Source: the human T2T-CHM13v2.0 reference genome, Homo sapiens. From it: a stretch of 64,000 nt of DNA. The stretch lies in assembly GCF_009914755.1 (NCBI RefSeq), contig NC_060947.1, one strand, 5' to 3'. The notes below the pieces were generated by a model. It made no database searches and had not been told where the DNA came from. It worked only from the letters and a program-made list of their open reading frames with translations. This document shows, in pieces, positions 29,138 through 44,012 of this stretch; positions within the stretch are counted from its first letter, which is position 1, and each line of letters starts with the position of its first letter. Both the position numbers and the translations under genes were made by a program.

Positions 29138-29677
29138 TCAACTCTATAAGGAAAAAATACAGAAAATATTTAAAGTGGAAGAATCTTCTTGTTTTCTTCA
29201 ATGTGTTTCTAACAGTTTGACCTCAAGTTAGAGTCTGGCTTTCAGACCTTCTATGCATCTATTGTCTTCATCAATACAGGCAAAGATTGTGATTGGTGTT
29301 ATTTCTTCTGCTATGTCCCTACAGATTTTTTATCAGGAGGAAAATGGATACACTTGCAAAGAGATGTTGGCAGCAGCCAACCAGAAAAGCCCTAAAAGTA
29401 GGCCAGTGGGTGCAAGTGGGCCCCAGAGTATTCAAGGGAATCTCAGTGGCTCAATGAGGCAAGGAGCCACTCCTGCCGTTCTACATGAATGAATAAGAAG
29501 GAACTGAATAAGGGAGAACACAGAAAAACTCATTTCTAGGAAAGCCTGCACTAGGGAGCTCCAAATAGCATTACAGTGCAAAGCTTTATCAGAAAACGTA
29601 GCATGCCCACTGTTCATTCATGGATGGTTATGGCAAAGACATAGAGATAGAGATAGAGATAGTTATAGATAGATATA

Positions 29678-30080
29678 TGTATTAGTCCATTCTTACATTG
29701 CTATAAAAAATTCCTGTGGCTAGGTGATTTATAAGAAAAAAAGCTACATTGGCTTATGGTTCTGAAGGCTATACAGGAAGCACGGTACTGGCATGTGCTC
29801 AGCTTCTGGGCAGGCCTCAGAGAACTTCTACTCATGGTAAAAGGCAAAGCGGGAGCTGGCACGTCTCATGGCAAAAGTAGGAGCAAGAGACAGAGTGGGG
29901 TAGGGAGGAAGTGTCACATAAGCAGATCTCATAAGAACTCACACACTATTTCAAGGACAGCACCAAACCATGAGAAATCCATCCTCATGACCTAAACACC
30001 TCTCACCAGGCCCCACCTCCAACACTGAGGATTACAATTCAACATGAGATTTGGCAGGAACATACATCCAATTGATATCA
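29678..30080 (-). mobile_element. MSTA/MSTB MaLR solo LTR
   Basis: TGTATTAGTCCATT...ATATCA; CCAGGCCCCACCTCCAACACTG motif. Confidence 0.85.
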
Positions 30081-30124
30081 TAGTTATATAGACTCAGATG
30101 TATTCATATAAATAGATTTAGATA

Positions 30125-30502
30125 CAGAATCATGGGCTGCATAATTATATTTAGGTCAACAATGAGCCACAGATATGAGGGTGGTTCTGTAAGATTATGA
30201 GACCATATTTTCCCATACCTTTTCTCTGTTTTACCATACCATTCTCTGCAACTACCCTGCAATACGTTTCGGTACAGAAATAGTTACCATACTGTTACGA
30301 CTGCCTATACTATTTAGTAAAGGAACATGCTGTACAGGCTTGTAACCTAGGAGCAATAAGATACACCATACAGCCTAGGTGTGTGTTTGGCTATCCCATC
30401 TTGGTTTGTGTAAGTGCACACTAGGATATTCCCATGATGACAAAGTCAGCCTAACAACTCATTTTTCAGAACATATTCCTATTGTTAAGTGACAGATGAC
30501 TG
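30125..30502 (-). mobile_element. Tigger3a-like DNA transposon
   Basis: TA-CAG...ATGACTG-TA termini; GGTTTGTGTAAGTGCACACT motif. Confidence 0.75.
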
Positions 30503-31445
30503 TAGTTATTTAGATATAGATAGATATAAATATAGCTACATAGATGTAGGTATAGACATAGATAACAGAGATGTAGATGTATATATTGTTACAAATATAT
30601 AAATATATGAATACATATATACATATAGGTGTGGGTATGGTTATGAATATATATGTAGATATGTTTATAGATGTAGTTGTAATTATAGATAGTTATAGAT
30701 ATGTAGATAGAGATAGAGACAAATATATAGATATAGAGGTAGTTGAATAGATATAGATATAGGAATATAGATGTAGATCTATAGACATATAGGTATAGGT
30801 ATGGGCATAGATATATAAATACCGATATAATTAACATATTTATGGATAGAGATATAGTTACAGATATAGATGTAGTTATAGATATAGTTATAAATATAGA
30901 TGTAATTATAGATTAGATGTAGCTATAGATATAGATATAGTTATAGATATAGATATATTTATAGGTATAGATATATTTATAGTTATAGATGTAGTTACAG
31001 ATATAGATGTAGTTATAGATATATTTATAGATACAGAAGTAGTCATAGATATAGATACAGAAGTAACATAGATATAGATAAGATGTAGTTATAGATATAG
31101 ATGTACTTATAGATGTAGTTATAGATATGGTTATAGATATATATGTAGTATAGATATAGTTTAGATGTAGTTATAGATATAAATGTAGTTATAGATATAT
31201 TTATAGTTATAGATATAGGTGTGGATGTAGTTATAGATATAGTCATAGTTATATATGTGGTTATATAGATATAGCTATAGATATATAGATACGGATGTAG
31301 TATAGATATAGATATAGATGTAGTTATAGATGTATAGATATAGAGGTAGTTGTAGAAGTATAGTTATAGATATAGATATGGTTATATATATAGATGTAGT
31401 ATAAATATAGATGTAGTTATAGTTATAGTTGTATAGATATAGTTA
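30503..31445. repeat. ~940-bp complex hexamer array (ATATAG/ATGTAG/TTATAG)
   Basis: 6-nt periodicity; recurrent 18-mer GATATAGATGTAGTTATA. Confidence 0.92.
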
Positions 31446-31502
31446 CTACTTTTACCATGACTTTTAATGGCAAAAACCACAGTTACTTTTGCATCAACCT
31501 TA
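31443..31502. mobile_element. MADE1 partial
   Basis: CTTTTAATGGCAAAAACCACAGTTACTTTTGCATCAACCT matches MADE1. Confidence 0.75.
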
Positions 31503-31772
31503 TATGTGCCATATGATCTTATTTAAATAAATGAGTCCTTTTTCTTATATTTCAAAATTTTGATTCTGTGCATTTGAATATTTTTTTCTCTAATCATACT
31601 TGGGAACCAATTCTATTTGAATAGTTACTTCTTAGGATGAAAATAAAAAGGAACCTTTAAGAAATATTGAGAATAAAAGGTTGACCATTCTGTTATGCAC
31701 TGTAGTCTTGTAAATTTAGGAGGAGCAGTTCCAAGTATTTACTGTGGCTCCAATGTTTTGGTGTGGGCACAT

Positions 31773-31773
<1 letters not shown>

Positions 31774-31805
<32 letters not shown>
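31774..31805. repeat. (CA)n microsatellite
   Basis: ~16 perfect CA units. Confidence 0.95.
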
Positions 31806-31807
<2 letters not shown>

Positions 31808-32673
31808 ATCATGATCCTACTCATTCCACATCTCCTTGTCTCCAGAAAGACAGCCAATGAATCACTGCACTATAATGAACAAGTAGGTGCCTACTTGCTT
31901 TGTGTCCTCCAGCTGATGAATGAAAATTTTAATATAAGAAACAAAATTTCAGCCCTCTCTCATTGACTCAGTTCTAAAACTGATGATCCTGACTCAATCA
32001 ATAGAGAGATGAATAAAGCACAAAAATTAGTGAAGCTGATGATATTTTCCCAGCAATCTTCCCTTAATATTTAAGAAAGGATAATTAATGTTTTAAAAAT
32101 GAGCCTTTCTCTGTGCAAATAGCCTCAATACTATTGTATTTTAATTCGTCAATATAGTGAAGAGGCAAAAGAAGTAGGAAAAATATTATGAAATACAATT
32201 ACAAGGGCTGCAATTCCCATTGTAATGGTGAATTGGATTCTAAATATGTTCAAATATCCTACACACCCATCATGGTGCCTAGTGAATCCCTCTCCTCATC
32301 TACAGTTCTCTAAAGACATGTCATTATTTGGTGCTCATTTTCTTAAATACCATTTCCTCTCCTGCCTTCTATCAGCAAAACTACTGAAAATACTTTTAAT
32401 GTTTTCGACAGTGACACTGTTGTTGCTAAGTACTTTGAAAATTTTGCAGTATTTTTTTATGAGATTTCACAGCCATGTGACTGTATCTCTGAATTCTCTG
32501 GGTGACAATGTCTCCTTGTCACCTGGAAACCTGCTATGGAGGAAGAGTGAGTGAGAGATAAACCTTGGTTGACTTACACTGTGGAGATGGAGGATTGTTT
32601 CTTACTGAAGCATCACCTTGTGTATCTGACAGATATATCAGTGTTCTGAGGTTGTACAATGGCCTTTGCAACT

Positions 32674-33040
32674 TGATATGGTTTGACCATGTCCCCACGA
32701 AAATCTCATCTTGAATTGTAGGTCCCATAATCCCCAGGTGTCATGGGAGGGACCCGATGGGAGGTTATTGAATCAGGGGCGCAGGTCTTTCCCATACTGT
32801 TCTCTTGATAGTGAATAAGTCTCACAAGAGCTGATGGTTTTATAAAGGGGGGTTCCCCTGCACACACTCTCTTGCCTGCCTTCATCTAAGATGTGACTAT
32901 TTTGCTCCTCATTTGCCTTCCACCATGATCATGAGGCCTCCCCAGTCATTTGGAACTGTGAGTCCATTAAACCTCTTTCCTTTATAAATTACCCAGTCCT
33001 GGGTACGTCTTTATTAACAGCATGAGAACAGACTAATATA
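32674..33040 (+). mobile_element. THE1 (THE1B/C-like) solo LTR
   Basis: TGATATGGTTTG start, GACTAATATA end, perfect CAACT TSD. Confidence 0.9.
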
Positions 33041-33321
33041 CAACTCATCCAAGAAATCCCTCAAACACTATACTTATGTGACTATTCATAACATATATTA
33101 CTGTGTCTTCTGTTTTAAGTTTGCTTCTTCTGGTTTTGGGTTCTCTCAAAGTCTCAGAACCTACTGCCTTTATATTCTGCCCAACATCGCTGCTTGAAAA
33201 TCTGCCAGTTGTGTACTGTATTTAAGAAATTCACAGTAAAGTATTGATGATGTTAATATAAGGGACTGCTCATTCAAGAATTTTTTGCTCATTCAAGAAT
33301 TTATTAACATGACATAATATC

Positions 33322-34254
33322 TTACTATGGTCTAAATGTTTGTGTTCCCTCAAAATTCATATGTTGAAAACCTAATCATCTATGTGATTGGTTTAGGAGG
33401 TGGGGCCTTTGGGAGGTGATGAGGCCATGAAGGTGGAGCTTCATGAATGGGATTAGAGCCCTTCTAAAAGGGACCCCAGAAAGCTCCCTTGCCCTTTTCG
33501 CCATATGAGCATCCAGAGAGAAGTCAGCAGTCTGCATCCCAGAAAGTGGCACTTACCAGAACCTGACTATCCTGACACCCTGGTCTTGAACTTTTCAGGC
33601 AACAGAACTGTCAGAAATAAATGTCTGCTGTTCATGAACTACCCAGTTTATGATATTTTGTAATAGCAGCCTGTATTAGTCAGGATTCTCTAGAGGGACA
33701 GAATTAATAGGATAGATGTATATATTAAAGAGAGTTTATTAAGGAGTATTGACTCACACGATCACAAGGTGAAGTCCCACGATAGGCCTTCTGCAAGTTG
33801 GGGAGCAAGGAAGCCAGTAGTGGCTCAGTCCAGGCACCAAAAGCAGGGAAGCCGACAGTGCAGCCTTTGGTCTGTGGCCAAAGGCCCGAGAGCCCCTGGC
33901 AAACCACTGGTTAAGTCCAAGAGGCCAAAAGCCAAAGAACTTGGAGTATGATGTTTGAGAGCAGGAAGCATCCAGCACAGGAGAAAGATGAAGGCTGGAA
34001 GACTCAGCAAGTCACCTTCTTCCACCTTCTTCTGACTGCTTTTTCCAGCCAAGCTGGCAGCCAATTGGATGGTGCCTACCCAGATTGTGGGCGGGTCTTC
34101 CTGACAGTAGGTCCTCCTTTTCCAGTGCACTGACTCAAATGTTAATTTCTTCTGGCAACACTCAGAGATACCCAGAATCAATACTTTGCATCCTTCAATC
34201 CAATCAAGTTGACAATTAATATTAACCATCACACAGCCCAAATGGACTAAGACA
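33322..34254 (+). mobile_element. MLT1A-type LTR interrupted near its 3' end by MLT2A
   Basis: CTATGGTCTAAATGTTTGTG start; resumes CAGCCCAAATGGACTAAGACA after the insertion. Confidence 0.82.
33672..34233 (-). mobile_element. MLT2A (HERV-L) solo LTR
   Basis: Minus strand starts TGTGATGGTTAATATT..GTCAACTTGATTGGATTGAAGGATGC; perfect CAGCC TSD. Confidence 0.88.
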
Positions 34255-34305
34255 ATATTAACTACCAATAGTTAAATTCAGGTCTATGATGACAAAGATT
34301 TTGAG

Positions 34306-34700
34306 TGTAGATAGCTATGTGACATATTGATTTCAGATCCTTTGGATATATACCTAGATGTGGGGTTGCTGGATCATACGATAATTTTATTTTTAGGTTT
34401 TTGAGAAACCTCCATGTGGCTTTCCATAATGCCTGTAAAATTTACATGCCCACCAACAGTATATTATGTATATTTCAAAATTGCAAGAGAGTACCTTTCC
34501 TATGCTGTCACCACAAAAAATGGTATTTGATGTAATGCCTATGTTATTTAGTTTGATTTTAAGCATTCTACATTTTATACATATAGCATAATGTCACTCT
34601 TTACCCCATAAATATAAACAATTATAATTAGCTAATCAATAATAAAATAAATTTTTGAATAAGATTTCTTTAAAATTAAAGAAGGATTTCTTTTAAAAAG
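34306..34700 (+). mobile_element. 5'-inverted, truncated L1MA-type insertion
   Basis: Antisense L1 34306-~34460 joined to a sense L1MA 3' end; AAAGATTTTGAG repeats at 34294-34305 and 34701-34712. Confidence 0.75.
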
Positions 34701-35312
34701 AAAGATTTTGAGGAATTTTCTCCTCTAGGTACATCAGAATATGCAAGAAGCATTAGTGTTACTTAAGATTATCAATTCAAGTTTTCGTCCATGTTCAGTT
34801 AAATTTGCATGTTTACTTAAATCTTATTTGTGGAAAGAAATAGATCAATATAGAAAAATTAAACTGTTTATTTTGTTAAATATATCTCTTAGTATGTAAG
34901 ACTTGTATCATATCTGTACAATTTGATTCAGATTACCCGAATAGAACATGGGTTGTGATGAAAATTTATAAAATGGAGTTATTACCCTTGGTTTCTTATA
35001 GAAATGAGGTTTCCTACCAACAAGCTTAAAAACTGAACAGGAAAACCCCATGCATTATGTAACAAAAGCACCTAGATAGTTATGCTAAGGCCAACAGAGC
35101 TTGAGAGTAAAATAAAATTTTACTCTATAATAACATAGATTTTTAATAGCACTTTTTCATATTTTAGGTGAAAATATGATGCATTTTTAAAAAGATGCTA
35201 TAAGGAAATATCAATGATAGGCTTTGACACAATAAAATGCTAGCAATATCCGAAATGGGTATAAAATTAACACAATGCATTTTACTGCAGACATGGGCTA
35301 TGTAAGACATGA

Positions 35313-35694
<382 letters not shown>

Positions 35695-36124
35695 TGTAGA
35701 TATGTTTCTTAATCTCCTTGAACCTGCTTTCTCATATGTAAAAGAGAAATATGCTAAATTGGATAGACATACATTGTAGAGCTCAGTTACAAGGCTCATA
35801 CGTGGTCAAAGAGTGAGAAGAGCAAGATGGAAAAGATATGCGCTGCATGGAAAATGGGTCCTTGTGAATAATCCAACCTTCCAGGTAGTGAGGAGACTCC
35901 ATTTTTATTTGAAGTCTATCACATGAAGACAGGTTGTAGAAAACACTTAGAAAACTAATTGGGCATACCAAAGAGGTGACTGAGTCTCTTTTGTAGGGGA
36001 GAAGGAGGTTAAATAGAAGTTGGAGACAAGATTGCCCCAGTTATTGACTGCAAACCTGAATTTTTTCGTTATGGGGGTAGAGCAGAATCATTTTATATAT
36101 CATGGATTACACTTAGGTCAGAGT

Positions 36125-36126
<2 letters not shown>

Positions 36127-36163
<37 letters not shown>

Positions 36164-36850
36164 TAGATTAGATACATAGAAGGTAGATTAGATAGATGGA
36201 TAGGTGGATGTATAGATGGACAGGTGGATGGATGGATAGATAGACGACTGATAAATAGTAGATAAATAGATGATAGATTAGATAGATGAATATCTAGATG
36301 GATGGATAGATTGATGGATAGATATGATGGATAGATGATAGATAGATAGATAATGGATAAATGATGAATGGATAGATATGTAGATAAATAAATATATGGA
36401 TGTATGATAGATAATGGATGAATAAGATAGACACATAGTTATATAAACACATACATAGAGACATACATACATAATGAATGCATGACAGATAGATACATAG
36501 ATGGATCATGGGTATATTATTGAGTAGATAGATACATAGAGAGATAAAGAGATAGACATAGATAGTAAAAGACATAGACACATAGTAAAAGAGATAGACA
36601 TAGACAGATAGTAAATGGGTGAATGATGGATAGATACATAGATAAATGGATGGATGGTAGATAGATAAATAGATGACAGATAAATAGATGATGGATACAA
36701 GATAGCTAGCTAGATAGCATAAAGAGATAATGGATGAATAGAGAGAGAGACAGATACATAAACACACACATAATAAATGGGTGGATGATAGATAGTGGAT
36801 CATGGATGTATGATAGACAGATAATTTAGATAGATAGATGATAGGCTGAT

Positions 36851-36904
<54 letters not shown>

Positions 36905-36985
36905 GATAGATAGATAGATAGATAGATTAGATGGATGGTTAGGTAGATAGAGAGATTATAGATAAAGTGGGTGGATGGATAAACA
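36127..36985. repeat. ~860-bp complex (GATA)/(GGAT)/(GACA) tetranucleotide array
   Basis: Pure (AGAT)n runs near 36128-36162 and 36851-36904 with a degenerate interior. Confidence 0.93.
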
Positions 36986-37044
36986 AATACATAATTAAAA
37001 TGCACAAAGTTAAACATGAAAGTTTCATGTAAAATGTACACTTT

Positions 37045-37620
37045 TCAGCTTTATTGTACAGTTTCCAGCTTTACTGAGGCATAATTTTCATAAAATACTT
37101 TTTAAAGTGTAAATTTTATGAGTTCTGTTAATTTTATTATTCTGTGTAACTGCTGCCAAACAAGGCAAACCAGTTGGAGCATCCTACCACGTTGCTTTAT
37201 TCTCCTTGCAGTCAATCCTTTTTCATAACTCCCTGCCCCAGACAAGCACAGATCCATTTCCCATTCCTCCAGTTTTGCCTTTTCTAGAATTACATATATA
37301 TGGCATCTTGCACGTATGCACACTTTTGTGTCTGATTTCTTTCACTTAGCATAGTGTTTTTTTAAGATTTATCTATGTTGTCGCATTTATTATTTTTTTT
37401 TTGCCTTTGATACGCTGAAGAGTTTTCGTTGCATGAAATGGATAAATGTTTATTCATTCACTAGTTGATGAATCTATGGTTGGCTTTTAGTGTTTTTTTT
37501 TAATATTGTGAATAAAGCTGCTTTGAATTCATGTACAAGTTTTTGTAGGCATATGTTTTCATGTTTCTTTGATAGACACTTAGAAGTGGGATTTTAGGAT
37601 TGTGTGATTAGTGCATGATG
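37045..37620 (-). mobile_element. old L1 (L1MB/ME) 3' end
   Basis: CAGCTTTACTGAGGCATAATTT, TTCTTTCACTTAGCATAGTG, GAATAAAGCTGCT motifs. Confidence 0.75.
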
Positions 37621-37755
37621 CAATCTCACTGCCTTTCAAATAGATTAAACATATTTATAAACAGTTGACTTCTTGCAGATTGTCTTTCTTATATTGTCTC
37701 CAAAATGTTAGCAAACAGTGATGTTACTATTAAGGATTTGATAACTTAGGAAGAT

Positions 37756-37865
37756 GTTTTGTTGTTGTTGTTGTTTTGAGACAGAGTCTCACTCTGTCGC
37801 CCAGCCTGGAGTGCGGTGGCACCATCTCCGCTCACTGCAACCTCTGCCTCCCGGGTTCAAGCGAC
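37756..37865 (-). mobile_element. Alu right-arm fragment
   Basis: GAGACAGAGTCTCACTCTGTCGCCCAG...GGTTCAAGCGA. Confidence 0.88.
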
Positions 37866-38358
37866 TTTATATTAACTCCATATGGTCAGTCAAATATTTA
37901 TCTAAGAATAAGAGTACACCAGCAGTTAATTTCTCCAAGCACCATAGAAGTTTTTAGATTGTTTAAGTTGGCATCAACAGACTAGTATTGCAAACATACA
38001 TCTCCAGTCAATGGTATGTCCTAAATGTCCACCTATTATCTGTAAAATTTCAACGTATATTGAATGTGTATTTTCAAGACAGCCAGTTCCTTAAAAACAT
38101 CCTATTTCATTCTAGATCACAGAGTGTATGCAAAAAGGATGCAAACTCAATATGAACATCTTTGAAGTATTTTCCTCTGTTCTATCCCTTTAGGGTATAT
38201 AGTGAATAATTTTGGAGAATGGGTGACTAATTTTTCATGTACCAGTTTCTTTTTCTCCAATTTTTCCTACGTGACACTGATTCTTTTCATTCAACATGAT
38301 AATGAATAATACTTTGAATCCCCAATAGAAACCAATGAGCAGATACATAGTTTGTTGA

Positions 38359-38629
<271 letters not shown>

Positions 38630-40194
38630 AAGATCTGTTTTTTAAAGATATCAATCCCTTCTGCAAGCCAATGGAATGAAGAACATTTGAAATTATAAAT
38701 ATGGCTTTGAAATTGGCAGAGTTCGTCGTTCTTCAAAGTGACTCACTTATTAGGTACATTACTGGCTTCGTAGCATTACGTCTTCCCAAAATGCTAATTT
38801 TATTGTGGGTGTGGTTATTGATTTACAATTGCCTAATTAGAAACAATGAAAAAATATTGAGTTCAACTTCTCTATGTTGTAAATATTTGTTGATTGTGAA
38901 TAGATTAGCATGTCATTTCTTGAGTTCAGAAGTGGCCAAAAGTATCCATGTGAAAAATTACATTTTTAAGTAAAACAATTATGCTATACTTGCACGTTGA
39001 TCTTTTCCCTCAACTGTAATTCATTAGGATATTTTATAACACCACCAAAAGTCACCATAATGATGCCTTTCCTTTTGTAAGGCAAATTATAATCTGTTTA
39101 TCATCCCTGATTGAACAAATTAAATCTAATTGACTCTTCTTTAGTCAGGGAAAGATTATGTTGTACTTTCTATGGGAGAATGATTTTCTTGGAAAAGGAA
39201 GGTCAATATAAACAATTAAAAGAATTAGTGGTTGTACTGTTTGAATATGTAATTTCAAGCACCATTTATAGAATTCTCAATTTAAGGGGTACCCAATGGC
39301 TAATAGTTGAAGAATATTCATGAGAACATCAAGCTTCAAGGACAGGACTTATTTCTTCATTAAACTGGGGCAGGAGAGAAATAAAGGTTTAGAAAATAAT
39401 TACCCCTTAAAGTATCCTTAAATGCATAACTCTCTTTTTCATTTTAAAAAATCTCCTGAGCATATGAATACATGAGCTCTTTCGATTTTAAATGAGTTTT
39501 TGTTTATCTTTTCAATGTTTACTAAGATGTTACAAGATTTGGCATTGAAACCAGAAGTTGGCCTATCATCAGAAAATCACATGCCACTAAAGAAAATATA
39601 AACTTATTGAATAAATCCACTGACATATATTGTGTAGATTCTAAAAGCTGATCTATATTTATTTCATTATATTTTCTTTAAAATCTAGTACTCACGACTT
39701 CAGGAAAAAATTTCCAGTTTTTTTTTTTTCTAACCTTGTTTTCTTCTACTGAGATTGATAAATAATTTATTTACCGTGACTAATCTATCATGGCATGGCA
39801 CATATTGCAAAAGTATTTCACATTTTGAGAATAATATTGATATATGGATACTTGGAGGCCATATGGCTATTAGGAAAACTCAATGATCTGCTCAAATACT
39901 TCAGTAAAAAAATGTTGCTTTGTTTTAGAATATATTTCTGTTTTAATGTTGAGTTTGACAGTATCTTAAGTTCTGGGAATTTACTCAAAATTATTGAAAT
40001 CAATATAAAAGGACCCAGGACATTGCTGCACTTTTCAAACATGTAGAAGAGAACTGTATGAAGTTGGAGTAAATAGCAGCTGCATTTATTTATACACTGC
40101 AAATTCTGAGTGGCTTTGTACAATGAAGGTATATATTTCACATCGTGGTGGCTATCATCATTTGCCTTGGACAGAACCCAGGTCTCTGGCCCCA

Positions 40195-40522
40195 TCTCTT
40201 TCTTTCTCTTTCTCTCTCTCTCTCTTTCTCTCTTATATGTATGTGTATTTATATGTATATATGTGCATGTAGGATACACATGTTATATATCACATATATG
40301 TAGGATATCTCTTTCTATATATCTATTATCTATATATATATATATTATTCACCCATTTCTATCTATGACTTTTCTAGGCATTTGGATATATACTTACTTC
40401 CAATTGTAAATTATTCTACAGTTCTATGTAAGTCCAAAAACTAAAACATACCATATTTATTATAATCTTATGAAACCATATCTATGTATACACACACACA
40501 TATATATATATTATATATATAG
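40195..40522. repeat. TC/TA/CA low-complexity tracts
   Basis: Mixed dinucleotide runs. Confidence 0.7.
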
Positions 40523-40798
<276 letters not shown>

Positions 40799-40927
40799 TA
40801 AGTAATATCAGCCCATACATATCTTTACATAACTTGCTTTTTTAACTTAACATTAGGTTTTCCAGGTATATTCATGTTGAGATGTGAGTGTGTGTTTTTG
40901 AGTGTGTGTGTGCTTATACACACATAC

Positions 40928-41324
40928 AGTTTCTCCAAATTATGGTGTTTTGACGTTATGATGGTGTAAAAATGATTCTATTCAGGGGAAACCGTACTTA
41001 AAATTTTCAGTGCTGATCTTTTCTGGGGCTAGCAGTATTCAGTAGGACATTCTCTCTGGATGCTGGACAACAGCAGGGAGCCAGAGCTCCCAGTCAGCCC
41101 TGAGATCATGAGGGTAAGTGACCTTACTCCACAGTGAACTGTGTTGCCAGATGGTTTTGCTCAACTGTAGACTAATGTGATTGCTCTGAGCACATTTTAA
41201 GGTAGGCTGGCGTAAGCCATGATGTTCGGTAGGTTAGATGTATTCAATGCATTTTCAATACAATATTTTCCACTTATGATGGGTTTACCAGAACATAGCC
41301 CCATCATAAATCAAAGAGCATATG
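40928..41324 (-). mobile_element. MER47B-like Tigger element, followed by a Tigger3 fragment (~41335-41440)
   Basis: Shares termini and TAAGGTAGGCTGG..ATGATGTTCGGTAGGTTAG core with MER47A at 16891 but has a different interior. Confidence 0.7.
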
Positions 41325-41724
41325 TATTTACATAAAGGCATACATTGCTTAATAAGGGGGATACACTCTGAAAAATGTATCAGTAAGCAGTTTTACCATT
41401 GTACTGACATCATAGAGAGTATTTACAGAAACCTAAGTGACATGCATATTTTCACTTATTTATGTTTTTATGTGAAAAACTAAATTTCTCAGCACCATTA
41501 CTTAATATAGACCTTTTCCCCTACTTGATATGCAATGCCAGTATCAAGTGTGATATATTAGTTTTCTCTCTATGCTTCATTATAACCTTTGGGACTATAT
41601 ATATGATATATATCCACATATATGCATATATATACACATGCATATATATACACACATATATATATCAGCCATTGCTTGATAAGTCTCTGTATTATTAAAC
41701 AATAAGTACTTTATTTATTCTTCC

Positions 41725-42215
<491 letters not shown>

Positions 42216-44012
42216 TTGGTCACACAGACTATTGGTTCCTCTATTGATCAATAATAAGATCACTTCCTGCTTACCTCTCAGAATATTCAAACTGTTCAAT
42301 ATAATCTCCAGATGTTTCTCAATGCAGAGACTGATGTCGGGTGCTTGAGTTTGACAGATTTCATTTCACTGGAGCATGTAGCATGTCAACAAGAAACAGA
42401 GCCTAACTTGCTTTTCTTTATGACAATTCTGGAATTCAAACCTGTGCTCCATATATGATCAATGTGTGATACCTGATAATTAAGTACACAAACTCATGTA
42501 TGATTTTTCCTGAACTACAAAGGCCAACAAATGTCTGCAGAAGCCTTGTTCCTTGGGAAAACACTGTTGCCTTCACTCTCTGGGATTTATGCAGAGGAAT
42601 AAGGACATCCTTCTGCAATTGTGCGTCAGCTTTGGGGTAACTTAGGAAGAGATATATCATGTTTCTCTTTCATCTCTCATTCTATGAGGCTGAATGAGTG
42701 TGTCTTCTTTGTTTATTTGAGATGCTACCTATCCATTTTCCACTCTGTACTTGAAAGCACCCAATTTTCATTCTCTAGCACAAATACTCTTGCTATAATT
42801 GTCTATCTCAACCCAGCTCTTTGTACCAAATGTTTGGATGATTCAATTCTTTGCTTATTATCATTACAACTAGCATGGCCCTTGTCTTTATTTTTGGCAA
42901 TACCCCTGAGTTCCTATGCTTCTTCTCCTTAGGAAGCTTGCTTTCATCCTTCCTCCATCTCTCCCTGCTATGGCCAAACCAAGAATCTCCATTACGAAAG
43001 TTGTATTGCCTTCTTCTTTTCTGTTCCTAACATGCCAATCTCTGAAAATCACCTTCTGTCATTCAGCTAATATTTTCTAGTATTCCAAGTCCTGCACAAC
43101 TTCAATATAATCTACACTGGAATATAAAATCCACTCACCTGACCTTTGTTCATTGTCTCTCCTCTCCCATGTTTGGAGGTAGGAACTGTGTTGGACAGCC
43201 CTGTGTAACAAATGACGTCAGCATTTCCTTAGTGCCTTTAGGAAATCTTTTGTGATTAACTATAATCCCTCTTCCACATTGTTTTGGAGTTTTAGGTAGC
43301 ACCCTGGATAATCAGGTAATTTTATTTGATTGATTTGCTATTTGATGAATGTTCTATTTCTCTGTAACACCTCCACTAATAAAACAAAATGAACTCCAAG
43401 GGGCTTTAAAATTCTCTCCACCATCACAGAAAATGTTCCTCTTTTGCTATTATTTCCTTAAGAATGCATGAGATCTATATTGATATATCCATTTTTACTA
43501 TCTTTATATGGCAATTATAAATAAATACTGAACAGTAAATATATGTTGCTTTGAGTGAGTGAATGGGTATTTTCAGTCAAATTTGTAATATGCCTATTCT
43601 CAATCTATTTTATATTGTTACCATTTCTTTTTCTGTATTCCTATTCTAATCTGTGCAAAACAAAGATTGTTTCTTCCCCAAATTGCTAATTCTTGCCAGT
43701 TAAACCCACTTGCTGGAATCACAAGCCTATTATTTTTTTTAAATGCAGTCACTTTTGTACTTTTGATAAAACCTTTTTCTTCTTAAATTGCTGTAGATTC
43801 TGCTATTGATTTTTTCCCCTTGATGGAATTTATGTTCTCATTGCAAATTAAATAGCAGTAGAATTTTGCAGGACCAATCTTATTTGAAAATGTGCCTTGT
43901 TTCATCATGTCTATATATTTCTTAAAAGCCACAAGGCTATAACATCCTTCAGTTTTATTTGATAATGTATCTGTAAGAATTATTACACATTCTCATAAAT
44001 ATTTAATAAATT

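Noticed and set aside
30589-31246. ISIT/YIY-rich ORFs; spaced-repeat appearance
   Set aside because: Hexamer microsatellite; no constant repeat with unique spacers, so not CRISPR-like, and the DNA is primate
33266-33302. ~20-bp tandem duplication TGCTCATTCAAGAATTT
   Set aside because: Ordinary slippage duplication with no further structure
33825-34268. 147-aa ORF and other ORFs in Alu, MLT2 and LTR sequence
   Set aside because: Entirely within recognised repeats; typical spurious translations
36278-37041. 169-aa and other YLSI-rich ORFs
   Set aside because: Artefacts of the (GATA)n array
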